Assembly: GCA_965248755.1 (NCBI GenBank)
Contig: OZ252149.1
Coordinates: 3,552,001 to 3,616,000, forward strand
Origin: Candidatus Latescibacterota bacterium
Lineage (GTDB): Bacteria; Latescibacterota; CBDEFO01
DNA length: 64,000 nucleotides
Reading direction: 5' to 3'
Under the pieces are notes generated by a model, which saw nothing but the letters and a program-made list of their open reading frames with translations, did not search any database and was not told where the DNA came from. The stretch's first letter is position 1. Each line of letters begins with the position of its first letter. This document shows positions 18,816 to 29,523 of the stretch, one piece after another. The position numbers were made by a program, and so were the translations under genes.

Positions 18816-19102
18816 GCTCTGAGGGAAAGCATGACCGATCAGCTATTCAGGCCTGAATGTCCGGGAGATGTTCAACACCAGCAGGCCACAAGATACGGTA
18901 CAGAGGACGCTTTTCACTGCAGGGATATTGATTGGCTGCGGCGACGAACTCAAAGTTTAATACACGCATAAAGATAAAGACGCCCTATCTGGATATGCAT
19001 GCCGTTCTTCAGGAGCAAGTTAGAATAGTAGACAGTAGTAAGTAGAGCCGGTCCTCCTCGTACCTTCTATTCTCTTGGATGCTCTGCCTGAATCTTTGAA
19101 CG

Positions 19103-19495
19103 ATGATGAACAATCAAAAGTACGATGCCTCGTATCTCAAGGCTCTGGATCTTTATCGACAAGGTAGACACTGGGACGCTCACGAAGCCCTTGAGGATGC
19201 CTGGAGAGCGGAGGAGGATGCCATCCGGAAGCTATTCTACCACGGTATCATACAGCTTGCGGCGGCCTTCCACCATCTCGAAAAGGAGAATATGCACGGG
19301 GTCAAAACCCTCATTAGGAAGTCCAAGGATAAGCTCGAAAAGTGTCCGCCTTTCTATCTGGGAATCGACGTATCTAGTGTCCTGCGCGAAATAGAATCGT
19401 GCCAGAGGGAGGCAGAAGCGGTGGAACGCGGAGAGAGAAAAGTGTTCGGCTGGAAATTGAAGCCCTGTTTATGTTTGCATTCTGAAAAAGAGTAG
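19103..19495 (+). CDS. DUF309-family protein
   Basis: WDAHEALEDAW...GIIQLAAAFHH. Confidence 0.85.
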   Translation: MMNNQKYDASYLKALDLYRQGRHWDAHEALEDAWRAEEDAIRKLFYHGIIQLAAAFHHLEKENMHGVKTLIRKSKDKLEKCPPFYLGIDVSSVLREIESCQREAEAVERGERKVFGWKLKPCLCLHSEKE

Positions 19496-19515
19496 ATAGG
19501 TTCAAAAAAGGAGTC

Positions 19516-22284
19516 ATGGCAGTGTCTGCAAAATATGTATATTCCTTCGGCAGTGGCGCTTCCGAAGAAACTGGTGTGATGAAGGATATTTTAGGGGGCA
19601 AGGGTGCTAGTTTGGCGGAGATGACCAGCTTGGGCATACCAGTACCGGCCGGATTTACTATATCAACAGAGGTATGCAGTATCTATCAGGTGAACGGCAC
19701 ATATCCAGAAGGCCTGAAAGAGGACGTAGAACGGGCGATAGGGAGGATGGAGGAGGTTATGGGCTCCAGATTCGGGGATAAGGAAGATCCTCTCCTGATG
19801 TCGGCGAGGTCGGGGGCGAGGGCGTCTATGCCGGGGATGATGGATACGGTGCTGAATTTGGGTCTGAACGACGAGACCGTGGAGGGATTGGCCAAAAGGT
19901 CGGAAAATGAAAGGTTTGCCTGGGATTGCTATCGGCGACTTGTGCAGATGTACGGCGATGTGGTGCTGGGGTTAAAGGAGAGTGAGGATGACGAACGCGA
20001 TCCTTTTGAGCTGATAATAGAGGAGGAAAAGCGGAAAAAGGGCGTAAAATCAGATTTGGAATTAGACGCCTGTGACCTCAAGAATCTGGTAGTTCGATTC
20101 AAGAATGAGATCAGGAGGCGGCTGAATGTGGAGTTCCCCTTTGACCCGATGAAGCAGTTGTGGGGAGCCATCGGAGCGGTCTTCGGATCGTGGAACAACC
20201 AAAGGGCATTGGCTTACAGAGAACTCAACAGAATCCCCGACGATTGGGGGACAGCTGTGAGCGTGCAGGCTATGGTCTTCGGGAATATGGGAGGTAAGAG
20301 CGGAACGGGTGTGGCGTTTACTCGCAACCCAGCCACAGGCGACAACGCGCTCTACGGCGAATACCTGATGAACGCTCAGGGTGAGGATGTGGTGGCGGGT
20401 ATAAGGACTCCACAGCCTATCAACCGCGCTCAAAAAGCAGAAAGTGACCTTCCCTCTTTGGAGGAGGAGATGCCGGAGGTTTACCGGAAACTCGAAGATA
20501 TTAGCCAGAAGCTGGACAATCATTACAAGGATATGCAGGACTTTGAGTTCACCATAGAGAGGAAGCAGCTATGGATGCTCCAGACGAGGGCAGGCAAGAG
20601 GACGGGGTTTGCAGCCTGCAGGATAGCCGTGGATCTGGCAAAGAAGGGAATAATAGATAAGGAGGAGGCCCTAACGAGGGTGGAGCCAGACCAGTTGAAT
20701 CAGCTCTTGAGGCCCACATTCGATCCTCAGGAGAAGGCAAAAGCCATAGCCGAAGGCAGGTTCCTTGCAAGAGGACTCAACGCAGGACCGGGCGCGGCAT
20801 CGGGGATAGTGGTCCTGAGAGCGGATAGGGCAGAGGAGATGGCAAGAAAGGGAGAGGACTTAATCCTGGTCCGTATCGAGACGTCTCCCGAGGACATAAG
20901 GGGAATGAACGCAGCGGTGGGGATACTTACCTCGAGAGGAGGGATGACCTCACACGCTGCAGTGGTGGCCCGTCAGATGGGAAAGGTATGTGTAGTGGGG
21001 TGCGAGCGTCTCCAGATAGACTACGGAGCAGGGAAGATAACCGTAAGAGGGGATGGCACTTCCGGGAGCAGCTCAGCGATAGACGAAGGGGCTTACATCT
21101 CCATAGACGGCGCTACAGGCGAGGTGTTCTCCGGCCATATCAAGACTGTCCCTTCGGAGGTCCTGCAGGTTTTGGTGGACAGGACTATGGAGCCTGAGGA
21201 GTCAGAGGCATATCAGGACTTTGCTGCCTTGATGTCCTGGGCGGACGAGGTGAGGAGATTGGAGGTGTGGACTAACGCTGACGAAGCGGATCAGGTGAGG
21301 ACAGCCCTGGGTTTCGGAGCACAGGGCATCGGACTCTGTCGGACGGAGCATATGTTTTTCGAAGGTAACAGGATCGACGCTATGAGGGAGATGATCCTCG
21401 CCGACAACAAAAAGGACAGGGAGCAAGCCCTCGAAAAGCTCCTGCCGATGCAAAGACAGGACTTTGTTGAGATATTCAGGCTCATGGACGGACTCCCGGT
21501 GACCATAAGGACTCTGGATCCCCCTCTACACGAGTTCCTGCCCCATGGTCCCCAGGAAATTGAGAACTTAGCTGAGAAGATGAAGGTCCCTGTGGAAAAA
21601 CTTCATCTTCGGATGGACGAGCTTAAGGAGCTAAATCCAATGTTAGGGCACAGAGGATGCCGCCTGGGTATTATTTATCCCGAGATAACGGCGATGCAGG
21701 CAAGGGCGATATTTGAGGCGGCGTGTCAGGTGGCGTCTGAAGGTAAAAGTGTTCATCCTGAGGTGATGATCCCCCTTGTGGGGGACGTGAACGAGCTGGC
21801 GCTGCAAAGGAGGATAGTGGAGCGGACAGCTAAAAGCGTTATGTCATCCTGCGGCGTGGAGATACACTATCTTGTCGGGACTATGATCGAGCTGCCGAGG
21901 GCGGCGCTGACGGCCGATAAGATAGCGGTGGAGGCAGACTTCTTCTCGTTCGGGACTAACGATCTGACCCAGACTACAATGGGGCTTTCCAGAGACGACG
22001 CCGGGAAGTTTTTGCCCGATTACATAGCCTTAGACATAATAAAGACAGATCCCTTCCAGGAGTTGGACAGGGAGGGTGTGGGGCAGCTAGTGCAGATGGG
22101 CACAGAAAGGGGGAGAGCGACTCGTCCCGACCTTAAGGTCGGGATCTGCGGTGAGCACGGCGGCGATCCGAGCTCTGTGGAGTTCTGTCATGCCATCGGC
22201 CTGGACTACGTAAGCTGTTCGCCGTATCGAGTGCCGATTGCCCGCCTTGCAGCAGCGCAGGCGGTGCTAAAAAGTAAAATGTAG
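19516..22284 (+). CDS. ppdK: Pyruvate, phosphate dikinase
   Basis: GGKGA, RSGARASMPGMMDT, GGMTSHAA, GLCRTEHMF, GICGEHGG. Confidence 0.97.
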   Translation: MAVSAKYVYSFGSGASEETGVMKDILGGKGASLAEMTSLGIPVPAGFTISTEVCSIYQVNGTYPEGLKEDVERAIGRMEEVMGSRFGDKEDPLLMSARSGARASMPGMMDTVLNLGLNDETVEGLAKRSENERFAWDCYRRLVQMYGDVVLGLKESEDDERDPFELIIEEEKRKKGVKSDLELDACDLKNLVVRFKNEIRRRLNVEFPFDPMKQLWGAIGAVFGSWNNQRALAYRELNRIPDDWGTAVSVQAMVFGNMGGKSGTGVAFTRNPATGDNALYGEYLMNAQGEDVVAGIRTPQPINRAQKAESDLPSLEEEMPEVYRKLEDISQKLDNHYKDMQDFEFTIERKQLWMLQTRAGKRTGFAACRIAVDLAKKGIIDKEEALTRVEPDQLNQLLRPTFDPQEKAKAIAEGRFLARGLNAGPGAASGIVVLRADRAEEMARKGEDLILVRIETSPEDIRGMNAAVGILTSRGGMTSHAAVVARQMGKVCVVGCERLQIDYGAGKITVRGDGTSGSSSAIDEGAYISIDGATGEVFSGHIKTVPSEVLQVLVDRTMEPEESEAYQDFAALMSWADEVRRLEVWTNADEADQVRTALGFGAQGIGLCRTEHMFFEGNRIDAMREMILADNKKDREQALEKLLPMQRQDFVEIFRLMDGLPVTIRTLDPPLHEFLPHGPQEIENLAEKMKVPVEKLHLRMDELKELNPMLGHRGCRLGIIYPEITAMQARAIFEAACQVASEGKSVHPEVMIPLVGDVNELALQRRIVERTAKSVMSSCGVEIHYLVGTMIELPRAALTADKIAVEADFFSFGTNDLTQTTMGLSRDDAGKFLPDYIALDIIKTDPFQELDREGVGQLVQMGTERGRATRPDLKVGICGEHGGDPSSVEFCHAIGLDYVSCSPYRVPIARLAAAQAVLKSKM

Positions 22285-22333
22285 ACAGAATGCAGGGGCG
22301 AGGTTACTTCGCCCGGTAGACGGGGAGAGAAGA

Positions 22334-24007
22334 ATGACCGATAGTACAAAGCGTCTTAGCAGTACCATCACCGACGGGCTGGAACGCGCGCCGGCGCGTG
22401 CGATGCTCAAATCGATCGGATTAAGGGACGAGGACTTGGCTCGACCCTTAATCGGAATCGCCAACACCTGGATTGAAGTTGGGCCCTGCAACTTTCACCT
22501 TCGCCGATTGGCAGAGAAGGTCAAAGAGGGTGTCCGAGCCGGCGGCGGAACGCCATTAGAGTTCAACACGGTCTCGATCTCCGACGGGATCACGATGGGG
22601 ACAGAGGGGATGAAGATGTCGCTTGTCAGCCGCGAGATCATCGCTGATTCAATCGAGCTTGTGGCGCGCGGGAATATGTTCGACGCTGTGGTTGCCCTCT
22701 CAGGCTGCGACAAGACGATACCCGGTACGGTGATGGCCCTGGCACGTCTTGATGTCCCTTCCTTGATGCTCTACGGCGGCTCGATTATGCCGGGACAGTT
22801 CCAGGGACGCGATGTGACGATTCAGGATGTCTTCGAGGCGGTCGGCGCGCACGCAACCGGTAAGATGACGGACGAGGAGTTTTACGATTTGGAGGATCAC
22901 GCGTGTCCGGGTGCCGGCGCCTGCGGAGGCCAGTTCACAGCCAATACGATGGCGACCGCTATAGAGATACTCGGGATGGCGCCTATGGGGAGCGGATCTG
23001 TGCCGGCGATGGACTCCAGAAAGGACGAGGTCGCCGTCCAAGCTGGAAAATTAGTAATGGAGATGCTGCAGCAGGGCCTCCGACCCAGGAACATTATCAC
23101 CAGGGCCTCAATCGAGAACGCTATCGCATCTATCGCTACTTCCGGCGGCTCCACCAACGGAGTCCTGCATTTTCTGGCTATCGCTCACGAAATGGGCATC
23201 CCTTTGACCATAGATGACTTCGATCGGATCAGTTCCAAAACGCCGCTGCTTGCCGATTTAAAGCCCGGAGGCCGCTTCGTAGCTAACGACCTCTACCGCG
23301 CCGGTGGCATAGCTCTTGTCGCCAGGCGCCTGCTGGATGCGGGACTCTTGAACGCGGATGAAATAACGGTTACAGGGAAAACCATCAAAGAGGAGGCGAG
23401 TAAAGCCTCGGAGACACCGGGCCAAGAGGTCTTAAGGCCTCTTGCAGATCCGATCAAGCCGACCGGAGGACTCGTCATCTTGAAAGGCAACCTGGCGCCG
23501 GAGGGTTCTGTCCTGAAGGTGGCCGGCCACGAGCGTCTCAGCCACCGGGGTCCTGCTCGAGTCTTTGACACTGAGGATGACGTCCTTCCGAGCATCGAGC
23601 GGGGCCAGATCAAGGCGGGAGACGTGGTCGTTATCCGGTACGAGGGTCCCGTGGGAGGTCCAGGTATGCGCGAGATGCTTGCTGTGACAGGGGCACTTGT
23701 CGGAGCGGGACTTGGCGATTCGGTCGCTCTCTTGACAGATGGCCGCTTCTCAGGGGCCACGCACGGTCTGATGGTCGGTCACGTCGCGCCTGAAGCGGCG
23801 CGGGGAGGACCAATTGCTGCGGTTCAGGACGGTGACACCATAGTCTTTGATGTGGAATCCCGTCGGCTCGACGTGGAACTGTCAGATGAGGAGATAAAAG
23901 AAAGGATGAGCCGCTGGACGCCTCCGCCTCCGCGCTACAAAACCGGCGTTATGGCCAAGTATGCGCGATTAGTCTCCTCCGCGTCCCAGGGTGCAGTCAC
24001 CCAATAG
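22334..24007 (+). CDS. ilvD: Dihydroxy-acid dehydratase
   Basis: PCNFHL, SDGITMG, GCDKTIPG, CGGQFTANTM, TDGRFSG. Confidence 0.96.
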   Translation: MTDSTKRLSSTITDGLERAPARAMLKSIGLRDEDLARPLIGIANTWIEVGPCNFHLRRLAEKVKEGVRAGGGTPLEFNTVSISDGITMGTEGMKMSLVSREIIADSIELVARGNMFDAVVALSGCDKTIPGTVMALARLDVPSLMLYGGSIMPGQFQGRDVTIQDVFEAVGAHATGKMTDEEFYDLEDHACPGAGACGGQFTANTMATAIEILGMAPMGSGSVPAMDSRKDEVAVQAGKLVMEMLQQGLRPRNIITRASIENAIASIATSGGSTNGVLHFLAIAHEMGIPLTIDDFDRISSKTPLLADLKPGGRFVANDLYRAGGIALVARRLLDAGLLNADEITVTGKTIKEEASKASETPGQEVLRPLADPIKPTGGLVILKGNLAPEGSVLKVAGHERLSHRGPARVFDTEDDVLPSIERGQIKAGDVVVIRYEGPVGGPGMREMLAVTGALVGAGLGDSVALLTDGRFSGATHGLMVGHVAPEAARGGPIAAVQDGDTIVFDVESRRLDVELSDEEIKERMSRWTPPPPRYKTGVMAKYARLVSSASQGAVTQ

Positions 24008-24207
24008 GTCTTATATAGGACACAATGTAGGGGTGAGATCTCGTCGCCCAGGGACAGATCGGCTATTGTGCACAGAGACGATGAAATGCGCAATAGCCGT
24101 TTTTATATAGACGAAGTGGCGTTGTCTGAAAGTTGGTTCGGAGATTAATGGCATGTACTATCGCCGCAATTTACGAATTCAGGAGGAAACAAGACAGGAG
24201 GGAAATT

Positions 24208-25092
24208 ATGGCAAATGAGCTACCGAACCTTGTGGTTCCTAGAGCGGAAGCAGCCCAAAAGATCAAGGCGCAGATAGAGAAGGGACACGAAATCAAAGAC
24301 CTATCCATCAATTCTCAAGAAGATTTGGAAAGAGTTCGAGCAGAATGCAACAAATGGTCAGATTACAACCGGACATTGCTTAATCGTTTATTTGACAATG
24401 ACACTATGAGCGAGGAATATTCGTCTTCTTTCAGTTTTTCTGGTACTGTATTGCCATTGTCTCTTGATTATTCTAGGAGGGGGCAAGGAGAAAGAATATC
24501 TCAAAATGCGAAATTTTTCAAAGAAGATGTCGTTTCTTGTGTCAGTAGATTGGAGTCCGTCTTAGAGCGTCTAGAACTCATTCCTGAACCTGAATCGCAA
24601 CCTATATCTTCAATTTCGTCAGATGATCAAAGCCAGTCTTTGGACAGAGAAGTCTTTATTGTGCATGGCCGCGATGAGGGGGCAAAGGAATCTGTAAAAG
24701 GGTTCATTAAGGACTTAGATCTTGTTCCAATAATACTTCATGAACAGCCGAACGCTGGCAGGACTATTATAGAGAAACTTGAAGATGAATCCATTATTGT
24801 TAGTTTTGCGATAGTGTTACTAACTCCTGACGACATTGGTTATCCTAAGGATCGGACAAATGAATCAAAACCACGTGCTCGCCAAAATGTAATCTTCGAA
24901 CTTGGCTATTTTATAGGCAAATTAGGACGTAGCAAAGTGTGTGCTCTCTACAAAGAGGGTGTTGAAATACCGTCAGATTTTAAAGGAGTGGTATATTTGC
25001 TGATGGGTTCTGGTGATGGATGGAAGCTTGAGCTTGGTAGGGAAATCAAAAATGCTGGGATTGAAATTGATCTAAATATGTTGTTTAAGTAG
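24208..25092 (+). CDS. TIR-like nucleotide-binding domain protein (Cap12/Pycsar-type TIR) with an uncharacterised N-terminal domain
   Basis: VFIVHGRD, FAIVLLTPDD, RARQNVIFELGYFIGKLGR, PSD. Confidence 0.88.
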   Translation: MANELPNLVVPRAEAAQKIKAQIEKGHEIKDLSINSQEDLERVRAECNKWSDYNRTLLNRLFDNDTMSEEYSSSFSFSGTVLPLSLDYSRRGQGERISQNAKFFKEDVVSCVSRLESVLERLELIPEPESQPISSISSDDQSQSLDREVFIVHGRDEGAKESVKGFIKDLDLVPIILHEQPNAGRTIIEKLEDESIIVSFAIVLLTPDDIGYPKDRTNESKPRARQNVIFELGYFIGKLGRSKVCALYKEGVEIPSDFKGVVYLLMGSGDGWKLELGREIKNAGIEIDLNMLFK

Positions 25093-25175
25093 GAAAGGGA
25101 GTGACTTCGGCAATGCCACCGAAATCTATAGAAACAAATTCTTTAGTACTCGCTGAAATATTAGGATGACATAAT

Positions 25176-25865
25176 ATGATAAAATGGGATGACTACTGGG
25201 AGAGGTATTCAATATCTAAGGCAGAAAAATGGATGGTTTTGGAAAGAGATAAGATAATAAATTCTTGCATAGATAGATTAGATTTATGCCGAAAAGAAAT
25301 CGTTGAAATAGGATGTGGTTATGGCTCTAACATAAGACTGATAAAGGAGAATAGAAACGATGTGGAATGCTATGCTCTGGATAATAGTAGTACTGCTATT
25401 GAACTGATAAGAGAAGATATTCCCGACGCCTTTTTGTCCGATTGTAGAGACACGCCTTTTGCTGACAATAAGTTTGACCTGATCTTTAGCGCCGGATTAA
25501 TGGAACACTTCAGGGATGAAAAGCCCTTCTTAGCAGAAATGAAGAGGATTTTAAAAGATGACGGTTATCTAATTACGTTTGTTCCAGCAAGATTTTCATT
25601 ATGGCAGCTTTATCGGCTATCTCATTTTGGTTTCTGGCAGCATGGATATGAGAAATCCTATACTTATTATAAGTTAAAGTCACTATTTGTCCGTAATGAG
25701 TTTCGCGTAATAGAAATTTCAGGAATTGATCCCTACAGTATTAATGGTTTCATAATGAAATTGTTTAATATTACATTTTCTCCGATTATGAGTAGATCGT
25801 TTCCCAAGAGTGGATACACTGAACTTTGTATAATTGCTAAAGAGCATTTATCTTCTGAGCCATAG
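25176..25865 (+). CDS. Class I SAM-dependent methyltransferase
   Basis: VEIGCGYG, FDLIFSAGLMEH. AT-rich. Confidence 0.88.
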   Translation: MIKWDDYWERYSISKAEKWMVLERDKIINSCIDRLDLCRKEIVEIGCGYGSNIRLIKENRNDVECYALDNSSTAIELIREDIPDAFLSDCRDTPFADNKFDLIFSAGLMEHFRDEKPFLAEMKRILKDDGYLITFVPARFSLWQLYRLSHFGFWQHGYEKSYTYYKLKSLFVRNEFRVIEISGIDPYSINGFIMKLFNITFSPIMSRSFPKSGYTELCIIAKEHLSSEP

Positions 25866-25880
25866 GAGAGATTTGAAATT

Positions 25881-26612
25881 ATGAAAGATCACCAGGACGC
25901 ATTCGGCCATGGAATGTACGACTACTTTGAGGGTGAAGGTGGTCTTGAAATCGTAGAAAGAGACGATGGCTGTTTCGATGGCACTGGAGGTCCCAAGGCA
26001 TATTTCTCTAAATATAAGGATTGGTCTGGTCATCAGAGAAAAGCAATGAGATTTGTTAAGGGTAAAGTGCTGGACATTGGATGCGGTGCCGGCAGACATT
26101 CTCTGTATCTTCAGGGCAAGGGATTCGATGTTATGGGGGTGGATACTTCTCCCCTGGCAGTAGAAGTCTGCAGAAGGAGAGGGATAGAAAATGTGAGAGT
26201 ACTGTCTATCACTCAAATTGGCTCTAAGTTGGGTACTTTTGAAACTATTCTTATGTTAGGGAATAACTTCGGTCTATTCGGGAGCGCGAAGAGGGCAAAA
26301 TGGTTGTTGGGGAGATTTCACAAAATAACTTCAGAAAATGGAAGGATAATCGCAGAAAGTAGAGACTTATATAAAACGGAGCGTCGGGAACATTTAGAAT
26401 ACCACGAACTTAACAGAAAAAGAGGCAGAATCCCGGGACAAGTAAGAATTAGGGTAAGATACAGGAAATATGTTACCCCGTGGCTTGACTACCTTATTGT
26501 TTCAAAAGAGGAGATGGAGGCTATTCTTTCGGACACCGGTTGGAAGGTCAAGAGATTTATTGATTCGGTGGGTTCTGCTTACATTGCAGTTATCGAAAAG
26601 GAAAGGGGATGA
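25881..26612 (+). CDS. Class I SAM-dependent methyltransferase
   Basis: VLDIGCGAGRHSLYLQ, GNNFG. Confidence 0.9.
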   Translation: MKDHQDAFGHGMYDYFEGEGGLEIVERDDGCFDGTGGPKAYFSKYKDWSGHQRKAMRFVKGKVLDIGCGAGRHSLYLQGKGFDVMGVDTSPLAVEVCRRRGIENVRVLSITQIGSKLGTFETILMLGNNFGLFGSAKRAKWLLGRFHKITSENGRIIAESRDLYKTERREHLEYHELNRKRGRIPGQVRIRVRYRKYVTPWLDYLIVSKEEMEAILSDTGWKVKRFIDSVGSAYIAVIEKERG

Positions 26613-26615
26613 AAG

Positions 26616-27701
26616 ATGATAGGTCTGACGAGTTTGGCGTCTCTGCCGAAACTGCGGGATTACACCAGTCATCGCGTCTCCAGCTACGATGTTACGGGCG
26701 GCAACAGAGATGCCTGGCGCATCGAACCCGGGACGAAAAGGGTTGTTGCAGAGATCGAAGGCCCCGCCTGCATTAAGCATGTCTGGATGACGCTCGGTAT
26801 CCCAAACGAAGATTACTGCAGGCGCATCGTCCTGCGTATGTACTGGGACGACTGCAAGGATCCGAGTGTGGAATGTCCGATAGGGGACTTTTTTGGATTG
26901 GGTCACGGAATGCGAAAGAACTTCATAACTTTGCCGCTCCAGATGAGTCCTGAAGATGGCAAGGGCTTTAACTCCTGGTGGCCGATGCCGTTCAAGAGTA
27001 AGGTGATTGTAGAGGTGGAAAATCAGGGCCAGGAGACCTACGCGCACTACTTCTACATCGACTACGAGCGATATCCGGACCCGGAATCTGTGGCGGACTT
27101 ATCGTACTTCCACGTCCAGTGGAGACGCGAGGCGAACACTGCAGGATGGGCCTACGAAGAGGGTCTCAAGCCAGATGAAATCTGGAAAGACTCCCGAATT
27201 CTGAACAAGGAAGGGAAGGAGAACTATATCATCTGCGATGTTGAGGGCGATGGCATCTACTGCGGAGCTCATCTGGATATAGACTGCTTTCAGCGGAATC
27301 CGAACGATTGGTACGGTGAAGGCGATGACATGATCTTTATAGACGGCGAGGAATGGCCTCCGTCGCTTCACGGCACGGGGACTGAAGATTGGTACCACTG
27401 CGCCTATTGCCCCACTCAGGAATACAATTCCCCTTACTATGGAGTTATCCTTTACAGCGGGAATCCCGACTGGCCATGGAAGGGTAAGAACACGGTCTAT
27501 CGCTATCATATCGAAGACCCGATACGCTTTCAGAAGAGCATAAATATAAGCATCGAGCACGGACACGCAAATAAATTGAGCAACGATTATTCCAGCACTG
27601 CTTACTACTATCTATCAAGGCCTCGAAGGGGAGGCTCTAAGTTGCCCGCGGTTCGTGAAAGGCTTCCTCGTCCCAGTGAGGATATATACGAGGGCAAATG
27701 A
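26616..27701 (+). CDS. DUF2961 / glycoside hydrolase family 172-like protein
   Basis: SSYDVTGGNRD, PIGDFFG, WYGEGDD, GTGTEDW, YRYHIEDPI. Confidence 0.88.
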   Translation: MIGLTSLASLPKLRDYTSHRVSSYDVTGGNRDAWRIEPGTKRVVAEIEGPACIKHVWMTLGIPNEDYCRRIVLRMYWDDCKDPSVECPIGDFFGLGHGMRKNFITLPLQMSPEDGKGFNSWWPMPFKSKVIVEVENQGQETYAHYFYIDYERYPDPESVADLSYFHVQWRREANTAGWAYEEGLKPDEIWKDSRILNKEGKENYIICDVEGDGIYCGAHLDIDCFQRNPNDWYGEGDDMIFIDGEEWPPSLHGTGTEDWYHCAYCPTQEYNSPYYGVILYSGNPDWPWKGKNTVYRYHIEDPIRFQKSINISIEHGHANKLSNDYSSTAYYYLSRPRRGGSKLPAVRERLPRPSEDIYEGK

Positions 27702-27802
27702 ATAAGAACTTAGCGGAGTTCGGAGGGCCGCAGCCCTGCGTTGACTCGTGAGAAAAATATTGACATAGGCTGGTAGATTTATCATATTTAAATTTGAATG
27801 AC

Positions 27803-27879
27803 GGCGGTGTAGCTCAGCTGGTTAGAGCAGAGGAATCATAATCCTCGTGTCGGGGGTTCGAGTCCCTCCACCGCTACCA
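27803..27879 (+). tRNA. tRNA-Met (CAT)
   Basis: GGCGGTG acceptor stem, anticodon arm GAGGA-ATCATAA-TCCTC, GGTTCGAGTCC T-arm, encoded CCA. Confidence 0.95.
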
Positions 27880-27892
27880 ACAACGTACGATG

Positions 27893-27927
27893 AAAAGCCC
27901 GCAAAATCATAGACTTGCGGGCTTTTT
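27893..27927 (+). terminator. Intrinsic terminator after tRNA-Met
   Basis: AAAAGCCCGCAA...TTGCGGGCTTTTT. Confidence 0.8.
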
Positions 27928-28325
27928 ATGTTTATTCTCCATTGAAGCGCTAGCATCATCCAACGAGTGTACTAATGGAACTGATAGGGCTAAATATACA
28001 GACCAAGATAACCCCCTGAGGCCCCGTGCTGGTTGTGATTTTACTTGATTTCTACATATCAGACGGATATATTATCCGATGTGCTCGAAGTAAGTGTCCG
28101 TGTATGTGTGAAACACAAGGCAGAGGAGGCATAAGACTGTAGAAGATCATTAAATGAATGATCTTCGGCAATCTCGACGAACATATAGAGACGGAACTTT
28201 CTGAAGGGAGATATCGCTACTGCAACGACTATCTCTTTGGGAGTTTAGCCTGTGATAGAGCCTGAGTACAGACCGAGGTGCTCGTTCTGATACTGAATCC
28301 AAATATCAAAAGGAGGTACTTCATA

Positions 28326-29201
28326 ATGTCACAAGGTTTACCTACCGCAATTCTAGGACGCACTGAACTGAAGGTGACTCGCCTGGGCTTTGGTGCCTGG
28401 GATAGGCGACCATGGACAGATGATAACTCCAAGGCCATCTTCAACGCAGTACTGGATTCCGGAATCAACTTCATAGATACCGCCAGTGACTATGGTCGCA
28501 GTGAAGAGTTCATCGGCAAATGTATTTCCCACCGGAGATCAGAATACTATTTGGCAACCAAGTGCGGCTGTCACCCGGATGGGCATATTTGGACGAAGGA
28601 GAACCTCTTTCGGGGCTTGCAGGAGAGCCTGCAGCGTCTGAGAACCGACTATATAGACTTGATACAGCCCCACAACCCGTCGGTGCAGCAGTGCGAGGAA
28701 GGTAACCTGGTCGAGGCGCTGCAAGAGATGCGGCAGCAGGGAAAGGTGCGCTGGATCGGCATCTCCACCACTCTCCCCGATTTACCTACCTATCTTTCGT
28801 GGGGTGTCTTCGATACATTCCAGATACCGTATTCAGCTCTTGAGCGGAAGCACGAAGCTTGGATCACCAAGGCCTCAGAAGCCGGGATAGGTACCATTAT
28901 CCGAGGTGGAGTGGCAAGTGGTGAACCGGGGGTAGGTTCAGGCTCTGCCGCGCAGTGGGGCAGTTTTGACGAAGCGAAGTTGGATGAATTACGGGAGGAA
29001 GGCGAGAACCACACTGCCTTCATGCTGCGGTTTACGCTTGCACATTCCCAGATAAGCACTATTATCGTGGGCACCCAGAATCCTGAACACCTTCAGGAGA
29101 ACATAGGCACCGTGCTGAAAGGCCCCCTGTCTCCGGATGTTTATGTGGAAGCGAAACGCCGCCTGGATGGTGTCGGTTTGACGCCGTCGCAGGTGTCGTG
29201 A
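28326..29201 (+). CDS. Aldo/keto reductase
   Basis: LGRTELKVTRLGFG, FIDTASDYG, LATKCG, IDLIQPH. Confidence 0.92.
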   Translation: MSQGLPTAILGRTELKVTRLGFGAWDRRPWTDDNSKAIFNAVLDSGINFIDTASDYGRSEEFIGKCISHRRSEYYLATKCGCHPDGHIWTKENLFRGLQESLQRLRTDYIDLIQPHNPSVQQCEEGNLVEALQEMRQQGKVRWIGISTTLPDLPTYLSWGVFDTFQIPYSALERKHEAWITKASEAGIGTIIRGGVASGEPGVGSGSAAQWGSFDEAKLDELREEGENHTAFMLRFTLAHSQISTIIVGTQNPEHLQENIGTVLKGPLSPDVYVEAKRRLDGVGLTPSQVS

Positions 29202-29523
29202 ATATGCATAGTGTTCACGAGACTCACAGGATGTAATATAGAGTTGCAAGTGTCCTGAAGGTCGCCGTGAGGGATCATGCCCTATTAGGTTTGGGGGCGT
29301 TGTGAGCTGTAGACATCACCAGCGCGCGACGGTCAAGAGGAACTGACGATCCGAGAACGTGACTGGATAAGGAAGTCTGCTGATAAAGTAGAGTTGAATT
29401 ATGGATCAGAAGTTCAGATGGAAGTCCACAGTCTGATTCTAAAGTTCCCTTCTTATTGAGAGCGATACTCAAAAGGAAGCCAGATGCCGCATCAGAGCGT
29501 GACCGCCAAATTAGGAAAAGTAC

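Noticed and set aside
18831..19023. Small ORF after recN
   Set aside because: 46 codons with no recognisable family; may be a decayed gene, not supportable.
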